From Heteronotia binoei (lineage: Eukaryota): a DNA stretch of 64,000 nucleotides. The notes beneath the pieces were generated by a model. That model made no database searches and had not been told where the DNA came from. It worked only from the letters and a program-made list of their open reading frames with translations. How positions within the stretch are numbered: the stretch's first letter is position 1; every line of letters begins with the position of its first letter. Location of the stretch: NCBI RefSeq assembly GCF_032191835.1, contig NC_083243.1, forward strand, positions 80,042,001 through 80,106,000, read 5' to 3'. Below are positions 59,850-64,000 of the stretch, piece by piece. The position numbers and the translations under genes were made by a program.

Positions 59850-59869
59850 GGATCAGGTACAAGGGTACA

Positions 59870-60022
59870 TATGAACGTATGAAGCTGCCTTATACTGAAT
59901 CACCCCCTTGGTCCAACAAAGTCAGTATTGTCTACTCAGACTGACAACGGCTCTCCAGGGCCTCAAGCTAAGGTTTTTCATGCCTATTTGCCTGAACCCT
60001 TTTTTAGTGGAGATGCCAGGAG
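59870..60022 (-). mobile_element. Squam2-type SINE (3' part)
   Basis: The reverse complement contains GAGTAGACAATACTGACTTTG...CAGTATAAGGCAGCTTCATACGTTCATATG. Confidence 0.7.
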
Positions 60023-60709
60023 TAGGCCGACACAGAGAGAGTTCAATAGTCCATGGACTGTTGCATGGATCATTGTAGCCAAGTCATGAGTGGAAAGGTA
60101 AGGAATTAGTTGCTGAACCTGCCAACAATGAAAAAGGGCTGACTTAGAAACTGCTGTGACCTGGGCCTCCATCGATAGGGAAACATCTGGTATCACTCCT
60201 AGGCTCCGAACCCTGGGCACCGACATCAGTGATACCCCATTGAGGGCTGGGAGCTGGATTCCCATATCCAACCCCCTGAAGTTCCGGTACAAGACCTCCA
60301 TTTTCAATTGATTCAACTTCAACCAACTCTGTTGCAACCAACCAACCACAGTCCTCAGCACCCAGTACAGAATACCTCGGGCCGTGTCCGTCCATCCATT
60401 AACAAATACAGCTGGGTGTCATCAGCATATTGGTGACACTCAAGCCCAAACTCCTGGATCAGCTGAGTGAAAGGGTAGATGTCAAATAACATCAGGGACA
60501 GACTCATTCCTTGAGGGACCCCACAGTGGGAATTGCTGGGAAACGCTCTCCCCTAGCGCCACTCTCTGTCTCTGGCCCTGGAGAAAGGAGAGCCGTTGTA
60601 AGGCAATCCCCTGAAGCCCCATGTTGGGAAGGCACTGGGCCAAGAGATCATGGTTGACTGTGTTGAATGCTGCTGTCAGGTCAAGAACTTGTCTCACTAA
60701 ACTTTCTTA

Positions 60710-61410
60710 CTTTGAGGGGGTAAACAAACATGAACAAGGGTGACTCAATAGTTGTTGTTTACCTAGAGTTCCAAAAAGCTTAAGTTCCTCATCAAAGGCT
60801 CCTAAGTAAATTCAATAATCATAGGATAAGAGGACAAGTCCTCTTGTGGATTAAAAACTGGTTAATTAACAGAAAACAGGGAGTATAAATAGGCAGTTTT
60901 CACAGTGGAGCGTGGTAAGCAGTGGGGTACCACAGGGCCCAGTACTGGGTCCAGTGCTTTTTAACTTCTTCATTAATGATTTGGAGTTGGGAGTAAGCAG
61001 TGAAGTGGCTAAGTTTGCTGATGACACTAAAATATCATCCATGTCTGTATTACAGTTTGACCTTCACTTTATTCTTTGTATGCTGTTTATGAGATCAATA
61101 AAATATTTTGAAATTAAAAAAATGTCCAGGGTGGTGAAAACCAGGGAGGACTATGAAGTGCTCCAAAGGAAACTGTTGAGGCCGAGCAAGTTGGGGTCAA
61201 TGTGGCAAATGAGGTTCAACATTAGCAAGTGCAAAATAGTACACATTAGAGACAAAAATCCTAACTATAGATACATGTTTATGGGGTCCAAACTGGCAGA
61301 GACTAACCAGGAAAGAGATCTTGGAATTGTGGTAGATAACTCACTGAAAATGTTGACTCAGTGTTGTGATGCCAATAAAGGCAAATGCTATGCTGGGGAT
61401 TATTAGGAAG
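60710..61410 (+). mobile_element. CR1 LINE RT fragment with a short A-tailed insertion
   Basis: SGVPQGPVLGPVLFNFFINDLE...KFADDTK and WQMRFNISKCK. About 90 bp ending AATAAAATATTTTGAAATTAAAAAAA is inserted after DDTK. Confidence 0.9.
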
Positions 61411-62738
61411 GGATCCAAAAACAAATCAGCCAGGATCATATATATATTTGATGGACTTCACATGAAATGTTACTTGTCTTAAAGCTTCCTTTTCAGGCTT
61501 CCTAGGTTCAAATTAGGATCATTAATCAGTTATAATTGTTCATATACAACAATTTATAACACAACTGATTTCAGTGAATAGGAGTCAAACACTAGTGTTT
61601 GATCTACAAAAGCTGTATACAAAAACTTTGTGTATTTTTAATCAGGTAGGACAACACCTCACATTGGTCTACAGCAGACCTTCCTGAGCCACTTCATCAG
61701 CTTTTATACCATTAGTTTCCGACTCCCTTTATTAATAAGTAGCATGTATTGTTTTTATATTAATTTGATCAAATGAATAGGATGATAGTTCCTGAGATTC
61801 AGGTGCTCTTCTATTTAAATAATTGGAGACTATCTCTCATTAATCTCAAGTAGGGGGAGAGCATATTTACCCCAGGACAACATGCCCTCTGTACATGAAA
61901 AACATGATAGAATTCTTCTGTTGGTCCATCTTCTGGTTGCTATGGCTTCATATATTCAGTACAATTTAAAATCTGTTAACAATATACACTTGAACCTGAT
62001 TACCCTGGATGTAAACCCTTTGAGTCCCCTGATTATATTAATTATGGTATTTATTTTGAAGTGTAAAAATATCATTCAGGTTAACAGTCTGAATTTCACA
62101 TCAGCCATTTTTAGTTTTTTCACACAGAGGCTGGACTCTGCAACAAGACCAGATGCCAATTCTATCTTTATATCCATTCAGAAAACACTATTGTGGGTCC
62201 TAGAAATATTAGCTGTTTCCACCAGGGTCTCGTTTACCTGCTCATTGCCCGACATAATATATGCAATCCTCTATAAACAATGCCCTCTGTCTACATAGGA
62301 CAACCAGGTCAGCTTACATGCAAAAGAATAAATGAATACAAATTGCACATCAAAATAGTAAAATTCAGATCTGTTGGAGAACATTTCAGTGTACCAGGAT
62401 ATTCTTCTGCTCATGCGGAAGTCATTGTTGTTTGACAAAGGAACTCCAAAGGTAAACTCCAATGAGAAATTGCCAAATTGGAATTAAATATAAGTTGAAC
62501 AGAAATGACACCTTTCTTTAGCCACATGGGTTTTAATTTTTTAACATAACTAGGCTCAGTTTGATCCCCAATCACAATTGTGGTGAATGGTCACTGCACT
62601 TATCTTGTATACTTTTTGAGTTTTGCATAGGTTTAACTTACTGCATTTTATGGTCCTTTAACCCCACTGTTTACATTTTCTCTCTTCTGCTGTGTTTCTA
62701 TTCTTCTGACTGAGAATCAATGTCATATATCTGATGAA

Positions 62739-62863
62739 TTCAAGTAGTCAGCCATGTTGGTCTGAAGTAGTAGAACAAAATAGGAGACAAGTTGCACTTT
62801 TAAGACCAACTTAGTTTTATTCAGAACGTAAGCTTTCGTGTGCTCTCTAAGCACTCCTATTTT
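62739..62863 (-). mobile_element. 125-bp Penelope terminal fragment inserted in the hammerhead core
   Basis: Flanked by the 14-bp duplication ATATATCTGATGAA (62725-62738 and 62864-62877). The reverse complement has GTGCTTAGAGAGCACACGAAAGCTTA...TAAGTTGGTC. Confidence 0.75.
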
Positions 62864-62869
62864 ATATAT

Positions 62870-62915
62870 CTGATGAAGTGACTCTAGCTCATGAAAGTTT
62901 ATGCTTAAAGACTGT
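62870..62915 (+). ncRNA. Degenerate minimal hammerhead ribozyme motif
   Basis: CUGAUGA, an imperfect stem II (GUGAC..GCUCAU) and GAAA. Stem III and the GUC site look eroded. Confidence 0.45.
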
Positions 62916-64000
62916 TGAAGACGACACAAGAGTCCTTTTTATTTCACACTCTGAAACATCAGTCAACTAATACTAAAGTCTCAAGAAAGCTTCTTTATCG
63001 CTCACCATTTGATTAGCATGAGCTGTTTTTAAAAAACTGGAGAATTTTCTGCATATTGGTCTTCAGTTCTGTGTACCTTAAATCCCACCGACTGCTGTAA
63101 TTCTGAATGTCAGATTACGGAGAACTACCCAAGGACTACCAAGCCTCAGGCTTCATTCTATGCTTCCTTGAGAATACACACAGAAGTCCCACTGCTAAGG
63201 AATCCAGCACCACAAATTGAAAAAAAAAATTATATTCAGTTTGTGGACATGTTAATAATTAGTGTTTTCTAACCACCAGAACCCAAACATCATCTCTTTG
63301 ATCCCAGTGCTCAATTTGCCCCAACTCCCCCAGTGATCCTTCCCAATAATACAATGAGTTATACAAGAAAAAGGGCATTTTATTTCAAAAATGGCATAAA
63401 CATACTATAGAATGATAAAGTGCTTGCAATCCAGGCTGGCCTCCCCTTGAACCAGCAAATCCAAGCAAAGGGTGCCTGGCATTACATATGCCTGGGTCCT
63501 GCTAGTCAAATAATCTACTTTTGGGGTCTGTTTAAGAAAACCGGGGACAGCAAACAGTGAGCATTGCTTGCTACTACTTGGTCTGATGAGGCAGGAACAC
63601 TTTCATACAGGAGCCCTCTTGAAGTCTCTTGATTGGTAGAGAGAAATTATATACACAAGATGTTCTACAGAAGCTTGCCTAGGAAATTGATAAATAATAT
63701 GGCCATTTTTACTCATTAGAGTAATCTTCATCCAGTAGTCAGTATTGCCTCCCGCCCAATTGTTAACAACTGTTTTTAATAGGAAGAAATAAAATTGGAT
63801 TTTTGAATCAAAACAAATGGATTTTCAAGGCTTTAATCACTGACAAAGCAAAGATGGGAACAGACATAAAAACATAGGAATGCCAGAAGAGGAGGGAATA
63901 AATAGGGCAAACTGCACCAAGTTCTCATAAGGCCAACAGCCCTCAGTGTATTGGTACACATTTTCTAAGGGGAAGGGGAAAAAGTAATGCCTGTCCAGCC

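Larger units (their letters stand above)
59240..60700 (-). mobile_element. L2 LINE remnant interrupted by SINEs
   Basis: DLTAAFNTVNHDLL (60482-60697) and GWLQQSWLKLN...RSLGV...SMEAQVTAVSKSA (59984-60361). An L2-like 3' region lies at 59240-59500. Confidence 0.75.
62110..62945 (+). mobile_element. Penelope-like (Neptune-type) remnant: GIY-YIG region plus hammerhead-bearing terminus
   Basis: LCNKTRCQ...GP, FTCSLPDIIYAILYKQC, YIGQ and VGEHFS motifs with stops. CTGATGAAGTGACTCTAGCTCATGAAAG at 62870-62897. Confidence 0.8.

Overview
This is vertebrate nuclear DNA from a squamate, most likely a gecko. That inference rests on Squam3-type, Sauria and 5S-derived SINEs, Bov-B, CR1, L2, Penelope-like elements and many hAT/Harbinger MITEs. 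The window is dominated by repeats, many of them nested. Main features: (1) an apparently intact 6.8-kb L1-clade LINE (48372-55160, minus) with open ORF1 and ORF2, a 17-bp TSD, a 1.4-kb inter-ORF spacer and an inverted 5'-terminal 107 bp; (2) a 6.4-kb decayed BED-finger hAT transposon (30998-37371); (3) a young GC-rich hAT-type element carrying an array of long perfect palindromes (43923-45370); (4) several Penelope-like remnants, one with a fold-back 5' end and one with hammerhead-type termini nested inside one another; (5) a CpG island near 23 kb and a chain of phase-compatible minus-strand exon candidates (about 9.6-17.8 kb) of a gene I cannot name. There is one assembly gap (48020-48166). 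I found no CRISPR array, genuine rRNA or tRNA gene, or prokaryotic-type system. I cannot claim a clearly new biological system; the findings are structural oddities and unresolved candidates. Family names come from recall of consensus sequences, not from a database search, and coordinates were counted by hand.
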